A stretch of 57,412 nucleotides of DNA, the filler included, from Circinaria calcarea (lineage: Eukaryota), in NCBI GenBank assembly GCA_051942165.1. It is 3 parts of 3 records of this genome, joined end to end, with 100 filler letters (N's around TTAATTAATTAA, not from the genome) between each part and the next. Parts side by side here need not be neighbours in the genome. Positions count along the whole stretch, not along the records: positions 19,202 to 38,286 come from JAVECS010000218.1; positions 38,387 to 57,412 come from JAVECS010000219.1; 1 more part is not named here. One strand, 5' to 3'. Both the position numbers and the translations under genes were made by a program. The notes beneath the pieces were generated by a model. It saw nothing but the letters and a program-made list of their open reading frames with translations, was not told the DNA's origin and did not search any database. Shown piece by piece: positions 33,410 through 45,737 of the stretch; positions within the stretch are counted from its first letter, which is position 1; each line of letters begins with the position of its first letter.

Positions 33410-34350
33410 AAAAAGTAGATATATGCGAGCATTTGGAGGAAAGTGTACAAGGTAGCTTTGCATGCATATACAGGCGTTTGAGGAGGAGCTTGTTCCAGGC
33501 TATGATGGTATCAATATAAAGGGGCAGACCTTCAAAGCGATCTCCTTCAAATCAGTTTTGCGACCAGGAATGTCACCTGGAGAGATATACAATAGTATCT
33601 GGACAAGTTTGACTGCGGAATTGACACCTCCAACGCGATCTTCTCCAGGTCAGTCATGTGAATCCGCGGGTTGACGATGTACTAAGATGGTATTCTCCTT
33701 CTGTCATTGATTTATAACTGTCCCGATATGATGGAGAGGATGAAAGACCGCGGAAAATCCCTCTTGGGAGATATAGTCCGGTTGCTTTTCTCAAGATATA
33801 ACGGAGCCACTGGAGAAATTCGTCTGTAACTGTCCCTCCTCCACCAGTCTGCGGCAACTAAGTGCTTAGCGGGTGGTCTCAGCGTCCAGCGCTTCAGCTG
33901 CCTTATGAAGAGCCCCCACGGCGCGCCGAAAACTCCGAGTGTAGTTTTGCTTATTCCGTACTCCGTATGTGAATGCGAGAAAAGGATTGTCTGTAGTGTA
34001 ATTGATAGGGAAGTCGGCCGTGCGTGCAGATTGATTCATTGGAAGTGCTGTCATAGAGGTCCCTCGTCCTAACCTCCACCTACCGACCGACGGATTCCTT
34101 CCCCCGTCACCTATTGCGACAGGGCATACGCTAAGGAGGATTATCATTTCTCGCTTGCGCCCCAAATCTGAACGCCGGATTTTGATTTGTAGATCAGCCT
34201 CGACCACACATTCAAAGCACGCAGGGCTGCAGCAGCCATCAATCTGTTTCCATCTCGTGAAGATTCTTGACACACCACATACCAAAGCGATTGTCATCTG
34301 GTTGTTGGTACTTTGAAGTTGCCCGGTAGTCTGGATCAAAGGACAGGAGG

Positions 34351-37300
34351 ATGAACGTGAATCAAGTGCTCGAGAGCACGCTCTCACCAGGTGAGCTTCC
34401 GCATATGGCCAAGTCTTGGTTATCTGAGCTTTTCAACTGACTCCTGTGCTCAAGATGCGTCGACACGCCAGAATGCGGAGCAGCAACTCACGCAAGCGGC
34501 TGAAGTTGATTTCGTAAGTCCTCCCTGCGCTCCAAGTTGGACTAGGTGACATCCTTTAGGAGGTATTGAGCCTAACAAAGTTTTCCAGTCGGGATACCTC
34601 ATTACCCTTGCCCAAGAGCTTGCCAACGAACAAGCTCAACCGCACATCCGTACCGCTGCAGGTATCGCCCTCAAGAATGCCTTCTCTGCCCGTGAGTATG
34701 CTCGGTTACGGGAAGCTCAGCATAAATGGATACAGCAAGTCGATATCCATATCAAAAATTCAGTGAAAACCTTGGCTTTGAAAACACTGGGTTCTCGAGA
34801 TGGACGTGCAGGCCAGTCGGCCGGACAGTTTGTCGCGTCGATCGCCGCGATAGAAATACCTCGAAATGAGTGGCCGGAGTTGATGCCGGCTCTGGTGCAA
34901 AACGTAGGGAATGGCGAAGATCACTTGAAGCAGGCATCCCTTACGACAATAGGGTTTATCTGCGAGACCGAGGATGTAACTTTACGGGATAGCCTTGTAC
35001 AACATTCAAACTCCATCCTGACAGCTGTAGTACAAGGAGCACGCAAAGAAGAGACGAACTTGGAAGTACGAAATGCTGCAGTAACCGCATTATCAGACTC
35101 TCTGGAATTTGTCAAAACGAATTTCGATAATGAAGGTGAACGAAACTACATTATGCAAGTTGTTTGTGAAGCTACACAATCCGGCGACAGTCGGATTGAA
35201 GCTGGAGCCTTTGGATGTCTCAATCGAATCATGGGCCTCTACTATGACAAGATGAAGTTTTACATGGAAAAAGCGCTCTACGGGCTCACCATCATCGGAA
35301 TGAGGAACGAGGAAGAAGACGTAGCAAAGCTGGCAGTAGAGTTTTGGTGCACAGTATGCGAGGAGGAGATAGCTATTGAAGACGACAATGCTCTCGTATG
35401 TGAAACTGGTTTTGGCAACGCGTGATTTACTAACCACGTATGCAGGCACAAGCAGAGGGCTCTTCAGAGATGAGGCCTCATTACGGATTCTCCCGAATTG
35501 CTTCTCGTGAGGTGATACCCACTCTTCTCGAACTCCTTACTCGGCAGGACGAAGATGCTAGTGATGAGGACTACAATATATCCAGAGCAGCGTACCAATG
35601 CCTACAACTCTTTTCTCAGGCTGTTGGATCAGACATTGTGGATCCGGTTTTAAAGTTTATCGAGGTGAATCTGAAGAGCTCTGATTGGCATAAACGAGAG
35701 GCTGCGGTTTCTGCAATTGGAGCAATCATGGACGGGCCAGAAGAAAAAACATTGGACCCAATTGTGAGGCAAGGTTTACCAGTACTTCTGGAAAAGATGC
35801 GAGACCCAGCCGTTCAAGTTCAAGATGCAGCTGCACATGCTATAGGTCGTATATGCGAGAACATCCCAGAGTCTATCGAGCCTCAAACCCAACTGCCAAC
35901 TCTCATCGAGGGGCTCTTTGGTGGCCTTTCAAGTAATCCCAAGATGGCCGCATCTTGTTGCTTTGCCTTGATGTGTCTTGCAGATAGATTTGCTGGAGAG
36001 CCCGGATGCCAAGAGAACGCTCTGTCGCCTCATTTTCAGGGGAGTGTGACGGCTCTGCTAGCTGTTACTGGGAGGTTGGTCTTTCGCTTCTGTCCTTGAG
36101 AATCCGTGTACTAACGCAGGAGCAGGCCCGAAGCCGACAACCAGCTACGTATGGCTGCCTATGAAGTACTCAACACCTTCATCACAAACGCAGCAAACGA
36201 TTGTCTCCCTATCGTTGCCAAACTGTCTGATGTTCTCTTGCAGCGTCTCGAGGACACCATACCGATGCAGCAGCAGATCGTAAGTGTTGAGGACCGATTG
36301 ACTTTGGAGGAAATACAAACCAGTCTTGCCAGTGGAATCATGGTGAGTTTTCTCTAGTCAAGTAATTGCCGTAGAGTCTCATAATTAATCCGATGCAGGC
36401 CATCATCCAACGTCTCGAAGGCGAGATCAAACCCCAGGCGGATCGAATCATGCACGTGCTACTGCGACTACTGAGTAGCGTAGGTCCCAAGTCGAGTGTC
36501 CCCGACACGATATTTGCAACTGTTGGGGCCCTTGCAAACGCCCTTGAAGGGGACTTTGTCAAATACATGGATGCTTTTGTGCCATTCTTATACAATGCCC
36601 TCAATAACCAAGATGAGCCGAGTCTTTGTTCGATGGCGATCGGTTTGGTCAGTGACATCACGCGCTCCTTAGGGGAGCTCGCCCAGCCTTACTGTGATTC
36701 ATTTATGAATTCTTTGCTGCATAACCTAGGAGTATGTAACTGCTCACATTCACGAACCTTCAAGTACTTACTCTGTGTAGAGTACCGCATTGAGCAATCA
36801 ATTCAAGCCTGCGATCTTGCAGTGTTTTGGAGACATCGCGCAAGCCATTGGTCCTCACTTTGAAGTCTACCTTTCGGTTGTAGCGACGGTCCTGCAGCAA
36901 GCAGCGGGTGTGACGGCTAGCCCTGACGGTGCATACGATATGTTTGACTATGTCATGTCTTTGAGAGAAGGTATCATGGACGCCTGGTCGGGCATCATCC
37001 TTGCGATGAAGCAAGGAAAAGGTAAACTGTCTCTCGTGATTTTTCAGCACGACCAGCTGACAGTTTTTAAGCCCAACTTTTGGCTCCTTACGTGGAGTCA
37101 ATCTTTCACCTACTCGGCCTAGTCGCTCAGGACCATAACCGAAGCGAATCACTTTTAAGATCGACTATGGGTGTCATAGGGTATGTGTACTTCTCATCGT
37201 GAGTTGGTGGTATAAGCGCTAATTGGGCCGTAGTGATCTCGCAGATTCGTTCCCCAACGGGGAGTATGCCAATCTCTATCATGCCACCTGGATTACCCAG

Positions 37301-37417
37301 CTGATCAGGGAAACCCGACAAAACCGAGAATTTCAGCCTCGTACAATTGAGACCGCTCGATGGGCTCGCGAGCAAGTCAAGCGTCAGACTAGTCATCAGG
37401 GACACTTGATGTCTTAG
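34351..37417 (+). CDS. KAP95: Importin subunit beta-1 (karyopherin beta), multi-exon
   Basis: MNVNQVLESTLSP..RQNAEQQL..IRTAAGIALKN; NEWPELMPAL, ILTAVVQG, NFDNEGERNYIMQVVCEATQ, AVEFWCTVCEEE, WHKREAAVSAIGAIMDGP, KPAILQCFGDIA, LREGIMDAW, TARWAREQVKR; multiple short GT-AG introns. Confidence 0.96.
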
Positions 37418-38286
37418 ATCGCAATGGCCAAAACCGGCTCCCTAATCGCCTTACCACGGGCCGTTGGACTGGTGGATTACGGACAACACGGCTACGGACA
37501 ATACACCAACGAACGCTAAAGAATGCAACCAGGGTTCAGCATGGAGAGGACGACATCCCAAGCTTCAATGGATCTTGCGAAACCACTAGCCAAGTCTGCC
37601 AATGGACAAAACCGGTCCTCATTCCCCCTCCCCCGAACCCATCCAGACGTCCCCACCACCCAGAGCACAGCATGAGCTTAGCAACAAGCACAAGCCTTCA
37701 CGTTCAGCACGAACCCCACATCTATTCTACCCACTCAACGACCGTCACGTCCAATGTGTACATATAGCACAGAACCAGCACTAGCATCAAAAACCAGCAT
37801 CATACCCAAAGTCCCGTTTTGTCAGTCGGCGGAAGCACATGTCCAACTTTTTCACGTTATGTTTTCCTATCGCACAATAGCACCTACACCGAATCATGTA
37901 TGCCCCAAATTTAATGTATCCTGGGTTTCTTCTAGACCTGACTCCCCGCTCGAATTCTGTTCTAGAAGGACGGTGGGACTGTTTTTCCCTTGTGACCCCT
38001 TGGGCGTTCCCCTATGGAGTTGGAACTTGTGGAGAGACGAGGTAGATTAATGCTCGACAAGAATGACAACGAAGGTTTTTTTGCTATTGAATGAAAGCGT
38101 CCGGTCGTATAGGTCCAAATCGTCGTTAATCTAATCTACATCCACCTCTCTCCCTTTGCCTACCCTACAAGTCCATCTTAACACATCCCATCCTATCCTA
38201 TCCCACCCAACCTACCGCTCTCACCTGAATTAAAATCAATACATATATAAATCTCCAAACCCCACCATTCCTTCCCCTTCCCTACC

Positions 38287-38386
38287 NNNNNNNNNNNNNN
38301 NNNNNNNNNNNNNNNNNNNNNNNNNNNNNNTTAATTAATTAANNNNNNNNNNNNNNNNNNNNNNNNNNNNNNNNNNNNNNNNNNNN
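38287..38386. other. Artificial contig-joining spacer (N44-TTAATTAATTAA-N44)
   Basis: 44 N, TTAATTAATTAA at 38331-38342, then 44 N. Confidence 0.97.
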
Positions 38387-38436
38387 ACTGGGTACTGGTG
38401 TACAGTTATTTCTCTGTAGCGGGTGCTGTTTGATGG

Positions 38437-38780
38437 ATATGTATGTGTATTCCCAAGTCCATTGCCAAATTGACTTGTCAGGATATTCGGAAAGGTTGGT
38501 TTGGGAAAAAAAGAGGGGGGGCGGGGGTTCCCGCCAATGCTGGAATGGGAAAACTCTCTTTCTAGCACCGACGGTTATGGTGGGGGTGTGGAGGGTCGGT
38601 AGGGTATGAAGTTGAAGAAGGTCCATCCATTGGTTATGTTTGTACTCAAAGTCCATTGCCGGATGACTTGTCCGGGTATTCGAGAGGGGAGTTGAACGGT
38701 CAGCCAATGCTGGAATGGGGGAAACTCTTTCTAGTACCGACGGTTATGGTGGGGGTATGAAGTAGAAGAGGGCCCCATCC
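38437..38780. repeat. Degenerate two-copy tandem duplication (unit about 150-190 bp)
   Basis: AAGTCCATTGCC at 38455 and 38649; GCCAATGCTGGAATGGG..CTTTCTAGYACCGACGGTTATGGTGGGGGT at 38533 and 38703; GGTATGAAGTWGAAGA..CCATCC closes both copies. Confidence 0.85.
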
Positions 38781-38848
38781 CTGGTGATGGCAGCCCGAAA
38801 TTTAAAGAAACGAGACCGTTCTTCGGGACCAAACTTGTAGAATGCCAA

Positions 38849-40201
38849 TCAGACGAGATGGTCAATCGAGGCCCGCGTATATCTCGAGACCTAGGCTGGT
38901 TAGGATGGGTTTGTAGAGGAAGTTCGCAAGCGAAAAAGCCACTTACGGTCTCGACTTCTGAAGATATATCATGAGTGACCTTGATGTGCCGTGCGTCGGT
39001 TTGGGGTGAAGTCTCCAATAGCTCGTCGCTGCGATCGTATTCCCAGCTGGTGCGCCTTGGGCTTCCACGGATGAAAGTACGCATACCGGTCAGTCTCGCC
39101 GAAGGAATGACCGGAAGGTTTCCCATCTCATGCTCTTCCCGAGAAACTGTCATCCAATTCCAAAGCTTTTTTGGGGTGTAGTACCATTGCCTTGCTCCCT
39201 GAGCGTCACCGCTTGAACCGTCGGACACGAAAAGGGATCGGAACGCGGTGAAGGAAACCATGGAGATTGCAATGCAGCACTCGACATATTCCAAAAACAC
39301 AAGCCAAATCAAATTGGCACTTAAAGTAACATTTCTGACCACAGCAATGATAATCATAATCATGCTAAGACAAAGGAATACACCCAGGCCGAGCTTTTGG
39401 AGAGGCTTAAGCTTGACTTTCCACAAAAGCCAGATTGGAATCGTCACGACTGTTTGAAATCGGTAAGTACCTGAATAGCTTCTCAAGGAGGCGGGAGCCA
39501 CTCAACTCATTACATCTGTTAAAATATCTAAACAAACGACCGAGGTATTGAGCAGGAAAGACCTTCCCATACTAATCTCTTGTATACATTTCACTGTTTA
39601 GAATTAGCAATATAACCCATTAACATTTAAAAGAGACTAGATGAAACCCACAGCCCGAGGTAAGTCCAAAGCGAGGGCATACGATAAACTGGTAACAAAG
39701 GCAATACCCAAAAGAGAGTACGGTTATTCCAACGACGAACCTCCAATAACGAACCAAACCGTTCAGTCGGTCTATTAATCGTCTGAAGAGGCACAGGAAG
39801 CAAAACTTGACAGAATATATAACAGACCAAGCCAGGGACAAGTGTGCGTATAGGATCTTCTGGTACAGCGATGTCTGTTGCAGAAATCCCGGCGGCAACG
39901 TCACCGCGGCAGGATCGAAAACCAGTTCCACAACCAGGTACAAATTCGGTAGGAGTTTATAAAGGAGAATAGTTGCAGCAATGAGGCAAATGCATCCAAA
40001 GCCCACAAGGAAATCGTCAAGAAGTAGGCGCCGTTGAATACGAAATCGAACCACCGTCCGAGCTATAGCGGCAATGATTGCAATACTAAACAATGTTCCG
40101 GAGACAACCTGACGAGCAATGAGCCTGTTATTCATGGAGACGGCGCCTAGTAGCCTAACCTTGAACGTCGATTCTGTAATTTCTTCTGAGTAAGCCATCA
40201 T
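38849..40201 (-). CDS. PTH11-like integral membrane protein (fungal rhodopsin-domain GPCR-like, no CFEM), multi-exon
   Basis: ARTVVRFRIQRRLLLDDFLVGFG, WSVIYSVKFCFLCLFRRL, VTIPIWLLWKVKLKPLQKLGLGVFLCLS, WLVFLEYVECCIAISMVSFTAFRSLF. Splicing 38946-38891 gives last exon VSRYTRASIDHLV* ending 38849; internal exon borders are only partly resolved. Confidence 0.82.
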
Positions 40202-41436
40202 CTTCCCCTATCGCAGGTTCTGATTAAATTGGGTGAGCAGGATCAAGTTAATTAGGATGGATAGAAAGCCTTTGCACCCTAACGACAAGAAAAGCAATAA
40301 AAGTAAGGGTCTCAACCATCTCTTAAAGGCCCCAAACCAGTTCACCGAAAATACTAGACACGGTCATGGAGGGTGCCTGCCACCGATTGCGCCCATTTAC
40401 TTGGATCAATAATGGTACCTTGCTGGTATTCTCTCCGCATTCGGTCAAATGGTTGTCACACCTGCTGATCTCCTGCAAGCGTTGTAATCTTTCCACGTGG
40501 AACCACAAACATGCATGAAAGGCTCGTTGTTGCTGGATAGGTTCCCAAGATATTCCATAGATGGCGTAGAAAACCACCGAGGACCGATAAATAAAGGGCA
40601 AGACAGCAATAAAAGTATAGCGATTTCTAGCAATGCTTACGCAGACTGAATAAAGTCTTGTTCGATGAATAAACAGCAACCTTGCAGTCGATAAAGACCC
40701 GTACATCATACTGAATTGTGGTGGGGCAATTCTGTCTGTTACTCGAAATGCATACCGAGTGTAACCCCCCCAATGCCTTAGCTCAGCCTCGACGCCCCAG
40801 CGTTGCTTCTTAGCTCTCGGCATTGCATTTAGATTGTGGTCAGGTTACTCCGTACTTGGTTATTGGCGCGGCGTGGACGAGGGTACTTGTCTGTTATCGC
40901 ACACATCGCTTACTTTGAATTGTCCCGGAGATCCAGCGTGCGAGCTTAAACGCATTGTTGACCTTTCGCGTGAAGCCCGGTCGTACAAGTAGGTGATACA
41001 AAATACCTAGGGCATAAGGTGCGCAGCGGAGGAACGAAAACCAGTAACTTTGTATAGCTTACAGAGCTATACTTATCCCGATTGGCTCTTGCGGGGCCAC
41101 AGCGTATTTTTGAGTTTTGTAGAATACGAAATATGTATACCTTAAGCTGTTGCTCAAACGTCATGGACCGTGCACGCCCCAGGGTAGTACTGGCATTAAC
41201 AAACTCTTAAATCTGGCCAATCAGCGGAGAAGAAAAGCCCATTTGCATAGTAATTTATGCGGGGGAATTAGAGCCGCCCTTGCTAGTATGGTGTCACAGC
41301 TTAAGGGATATTCAACACGAAAAGGGATCGAAACGTGATGTAGGAATTAATCGATATTGCAAGTCAGCATCAGGGTATTCGACTTGATTTCAGAGAGTCT
41401 ATTAAAGTTGAGAATAAATAGCAGATTTCCTTCCAT

Positions 41437-42867
41437 TCAGCCTCTCCTGCTGCCTTGACTCCCGGCTACGTCGACATCCCCATAATTGGTCTGACAAGAT
41501 CGCCGTCTAACCTTTGCCGCCCTATCCACCTGATCCCATAGAAGTACCTGCGGGAGAATGTTGCACAGCGCGTCCTTGACCATTACCAGCCTCTCGTCTA
41601 TCCCATGGTCGATGATGTTCCTGACACTCGATCGGAAGGCGCGTAAGTCATTCGGCCGTTTAAAACAGTAGGAAGCCATCTCCGAACTCATAAACCGCGT
41701 GATGTTTCCGGAATCTTGCCAATGCACCCAGAGCGATGCAAAGTTTGCATCGGCCACACAAGAGAAAGCTACCGAATCGGTCATTTCACGCCCCTCCTTC
41801 CCTCTTGTGTAGTTCAGAAGCGTTTCGATGGAGTTGACGCAGTGAGAACCAGTCGCCGCATTTTGGTTTTCCGCGACCCAGTGCGTCCCACCGCGAGAGG
41901 AAGACTTGAACTCGACAGCAAAGAAGGGCCAGTAATTAGCGGAATTGGGGTGGGCGTAAGAGTCGAGGCGATTATGCCGCATCACCCCGTACTCGGGAGT
42001 GTTGAAGCTGTTGCGTGGGTAGCCGTAGTGAAGGTCAGGTTTCGGTGTGACGATTGGGGGAAAGTTGAAGCCGAGGACACGGGGGAGGGCCTTCTGGTCA
42101 AATGGTATGTTGGCACCGGTGGCGACCGCGTTGTCATAATCCGCCTGAGTAGGAAAAAGCGAGGTTCTGTTGAAACCAGTCCGTGTAATCTCCTCGTCTG
42201 CATTGTCTAGGGCAGACAGCTGTTTCCGGATGAAAAGGATTTCCTCATCTTTGAGACCGGGAGAAGTGCGTTCTTTCTCAATGATCTTCTGCGCAAAGCT
42301 ATGTATTGGTGCAGGTATGGACATGCCGTAGGAGTCGATGTAGACTGAGTGACTCTGAAGCTCATCTCTATACGATGGTGATTTCACTCGGTTCGATTGC
42401 TTGGAATCTTCCTTTGAATCGGAAAACGATGTGCTTGCGGGGAATGAACTTTGTGAAATCGGGGTATAACAGGCTGGTGGCACTTGTGTGTAGGGGATAA
42501 ATGACGGTTCGACGGTCACATCCAATGTGGATCCTGCAAGGAGCGACTGAGGAGATAGAGGCTGTTGGAAGCCGCGAGCCTTAGTCGTTGGTTGAGCACT
42601 CCCAGGCCTAAGCGCTTTATCTGAGCGACCATGTCGGGCTTGACTCATATTGGCAATGAGAAAGCTATCGGAACGACTTGACTTACGGTCCGAGAAAGGG
42701 GGAAGCTCTGCCAGCCACTTATCAACAAAGTCTGGCGGCGAAGAGGAGGGCTTTTGTCTCTTGGCGGCTGCTTGTTGGTTGTTCGTATCGTCAAAAGGGT
42801 CGAACTGCAGAGCTTTCCTTTTCAGCGGTCGAGTTGGTTGAGGGCATTGGATTTCAGAATGTGGCAT
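41437..42867 (-). CDS. Fungal PD-(D/E)XK nuclease-fold-like protein (DUF7924-type) with disordered N-terminus
   Basis: TPKPDLHYG..PFFAVEFKS..AENQNAATG..VAFSCV..ASLWVHW..FRSSVRNIIDHG gives a PD..ExK..Q signature; single exon; ATG at 42867 (the ORF track starts at 42906). Confidence 0.72.
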   Translation of the reverse strand: MPHSEIQCPQPTRPLKRKALQFDPFDDTNNQQAAAKRQKPSSSPPDFVDKWLAELPPFSDRKSSRSDSFLIANMSQARHGRSDKALRPGSAQPTTKARGFQQPLSPQSLLAGSTLDVTVEPSFIPYTQVPPACYTPISQSSFPASTSFSDSKEDSKQSNRVKSPSYRDELQSHSVYIDSYGMSIPAPIHSFAQKIIEKERTSPGLKDEEILFIRKQLSALDNADEEITRTGFNRTSLFPTQADYDNAVATGANIPFDQKALPRVLGFNFPPIVTPKPDLHYGYPRNSFNTPEYGVMRHNRLDSYAHPNSANYWPFFAVEFKSSSRGGTHWVAENQNAATGSHCVNSIETLLNYTRGKEGREMTDSVAFSCVADANFASLWVHWQDSGNITRFMSSEMASYCFKRPNDLRAFRSSVRNIIDHGIDERLVMVKDALCNILPQVLLWDQVDRAAKVRRRSCQTNYGDVDVAGSQGSRRG

Positions 42868-43439
42868 GATGGTGCTCAAAACGTAGAGGAACGAAAGACC
42901 TATCAAGATGTGAAATGGGCAACATTGCCGCCAAAGAAACTACCCATCTGATGATAGGTGATAGTTTCAGTAAGTGGAAAAGCTAGCATGGAAATCACCA
43001 GAGCCAATTATATTATCAATGGCTGTTAGCATGGGCAAAGCTGAAACAATCGCCAAACGCCACCGTCCAATTTATAGGTTGAATATGGAGGCGTTGTTTA
43101 AGCTTCGTATATCCTGGGATGGGGCTGTTTTCTGGAACTTTTGCCTAAACGAATTCCCCTTTTGCACGTGATTATTGCTCTTAAGCGCGTTTAAACCCCC
43201 ACTCTATTCATAACTCGGCTACTCCGGCTACGCCGCTGAGGTTTATAAAATACCTATTACGCAAGGAAGCGGCAAGCAAGCTGCCAGCAGCTGCTCGTAG
43301 CAAAAGGCTGAGTGAGGATTGAAAGGGTGAGGATAAACATAAGGGCACGGGAGGGAATCTACTATACGACATGAGTGAATTTGCTTTGGAAGCTCAAATA
43401 GGGTCTGCTAGATTTTGATATTCAGGGTATTTTCCAGCC

Positions 43440-45017
43440 TCAATCCCAATACTTAATCGAACCATCCAAACCCGCCGTAGCGACCTTACTACTCTCCTGC
43501 GGATGCCATTGGGCACAAATCACCGGCCCATCGCTCGCCACCATCTTATGCCACATCTTGCAAGTCTTCCAGTCCCAGAAGCAAACATAACCTCCACTAT
43601 CCCCACTCATTACAAATTGCCCGTCCGGACTGATGCTCACATCGATCGCGTATCCTGCATTGTTATGCCCTCTGAAACTCTTCTTTCTGTTTTGTCGGAA
43701 TCGATCCGTAGAAGCGTACACGACGATTTGGTTGTCGCCGGATTGGAAAGCGACGTATTTCCCTGATGGGTGAGGGGAAGCGCGGACCATGCTGTACATG
43801 TAGGGTTCTGCAATGAATTTGATGGGCACGGGAATATTATATTCCCAAGCTCGGAGAGATTTGTCGTCCGATGTTGTGATGAAACGGCGGTCCTCGTCAA
43901 CAAAGGTTATGGTGTTTACGGGGCCAAGATGGTGATCGTATTCTTGGGTCATTTCTCCAGAACGAGTATCAAACTGGACAATTTTCTTGTCGGACATGCC
44001 AGCGAGAAATTCGTGAGAAGAGGCTGGGGATGGGTTGAATCGGATGACATGGGGAATTTTGCCAGTTGTAAAGCGAGATATACATTTACCATATTCGGTA
44101 TCCCACAGCTTCATCTGGCGGTCATAGGAGGCAGTAAGGAAATGTGTTCCTGGGGCATCGAACGTGGCATCCGTAACCGACTTGGTATGTCCAGAGTAAG
44201 TCCGCAGGAGTTCGCGGTTGTGGTAAACGTCCCAAATCTTAACTTTACTGTCGGCGGACGAGGAGAGGAGAAGGTGTCCAGAATTTGGGAAAAAGCGAAG
44301 GGCGGTAATTGCCTTATTATGAGATTTCCAGGTGTGTATTTGTTTCTTTGGGTGGTAGTTTTTCTGCGTCCCAGGTTCCCTTCGAAGATCGATATCTAAG
44401 TCTTGGGGGACATGCATATATGTTCGGCCTTGATAGTCGAATTCGGCAGAGCCATGGAACTCACTGTTTTCGGTATTGGCAATATCATCTAGATAGTCAG
44501 TACCCGCTTTACTCATAGCCATGTGATTTGCGGGAACAATAGCTTCTTCGATATATTCCTCGTCACTGGCTAATTCCTCCCCCGCTATAGCTGCCTCGTC
44601 CTCATATGCTTGATCCTCGTTTTGGTACCTCGCCCAAGGGCCCAAATATGCACCTTCACCGTCAATGATGCTGGGATCTCCCTTCTTCTGTCGTTTCCTG
44701 CGCATTGCCTCACTAGCGGCCTTTGAAGGCTTCATCTGAACAACATCTCTCCCTCCTAGTTGCTGGGCTTTCACCACATCTCCGACGTAGGCACCATTTG
44801 TGCTAGGATCTTTGGTATAACCTAGGCTCTGGAATGTCCGATGCTGTGTCGTGAAAGTAGCATCGCTGATGACCGCCTCTTCGGCATACCCGGTGAGGAC
44901 ATTCTTGCGCTTCAAGCCGCCAGTCTGGAATGGGTTTGCGGGCCCTTGCACAGGCCGGGATATATCAGCGTACGGAGCATTGTAGGTGAGTGCTTGCTCA
45001 TATTGATCTGCGGGCAT
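43440..45017 (-). CDS. PRP17: Pre-mRNA splicing factor PRP17/CDC40 (WD40)
   Basis: GPANPF..KNVLTGYAEE, YLGPWA, DYQGRTYMHVP, HLLLSSSADSKVKIWDVY, QEYDHHLGPVNTITFVDEDRRFITTSDDKS, FRGHNNAGYA, WHPQESSKVATAGLDGSIKYWD; single exon. Confidence 0.96.
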   Translation of the reverse strand: MPADQYEQALTYNAPYADISRPVQGPANPFQTGGLKRKNVLTGYAEEAVISDATFTTQHRTFQSLGYTKDPSTNGAYVGDVVKAQQLGGRDVVQMKPSKAASEAMRRKRQKKGDPSIIDGEGAYLGPWARYQNEDQAYEDEAAIAGEELASDEEYIEEAIVPANHMAMSKAGTDYLDDIANTENSEFHGSAEFDYQGRTYMHVPQDLDIDLRREPGTQKNYHPKKQIHTWKSHNKAITALRFFPNSGHLLLSSSADSKVKIWDVYHNRELLRTYSGHTKSVTDATFDAPGTHFLTASYDRQMKLWDTEYGKCISRFTTGKIPHVIRFNPSPASSHEFLAGMSDKKIVQFDTRSGEMTQEYDHHLGPVNTITFVDEDRRFITTSDDKSLRAWEYNIPVPIKFIAEPYMYSMVRASPHPSGKYVAFQSGDNQIVVYASTDRFRQNRKKSFRGHNNAGYAIDVSISPDGQFVMSGDSGGYVCFWDWKTCKMWHKMVASDGPVICAQWHPQESSKVATAGLDGSIKYWD

Positions 45018-45737
45018 CTTTCTTTCGATTTGGAGAGCAGAGTCAAACGGGTACTGAAACTTTTGGAAATGTTTCCACTAGGAACTACCCGAGGCTTAGT
45101 GCTGCTGAGAACCATTTACTTCAGCCCTACAGTAGAGCTTATTTCCTTTGCCGAAGGAAGCAGGGATGATATGGTACGGAGTCATTGGTGTATTTTGTAT
45201 GATATAAAGTGGTATAGTCCTTTGAGTGCTTCTACCTTATCGTCGGGATTTACGGACAGACGGTTCTTCTACCAAATGCACTTGGAAGGAGGCAACTGGC
45301 GAGAAATGAGACTGAACAGGTAGCAGCACAACCTGAGGGCGTTGCAATCGGCATTGTGTACTGTGTTCAATGAGGGCTTACACTCCGCAATCTGAAATCT
45401 ACCTTTAAAATCGGTTTGATTTGGAGATTCAAAACACAAGAGATCCGATGAACCGTCGGAATGGGTATTACACGCTCCCCATCAAGGTCTTTGGTAAACA
45501 GCCTCATCCGAATGACGCGCCTTCCATATTTATTCCTCCACCGTAGTCGTGTAGCCGCAAGGACACCTGCCGTCTTTCCTTCTAACCTGTCAAGCTAATC
45601 TTCCCTAGAAGATTATCCCTTCTGAACCTCACGGAGATTACCTGAATTGTTTTGTCGAGTATAGCGTCCTTGTTGCTGCTCCTGCGGGTTCAGGAATAGC
45701 TACCGTACTTCATACTCTTGCTTGCCTCCTCACGTAG

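Noticed and set aside
33866..34387. 173-aa minus-strand ORF
   Set aside because: Overlaps the KAP95 promoter and start, has a non-ATG start and random-like composition.
40323..40823. 166-aa minus-strand ORF upstream of the PTH11-like gene
   Set aside because: No recognisable motif and no splice link to the neighbouring gene; cannot be supported.
45330..45645. Intron-like GT..AG signals between ERV14 and PRP17 suggesting extra PRP17 coding exons
   Set aside because: No continuous reading frame joins them to PRP17, whose ATG at 45017 already precedes the conserved N-terminal motifs; at most they are UTR introns.
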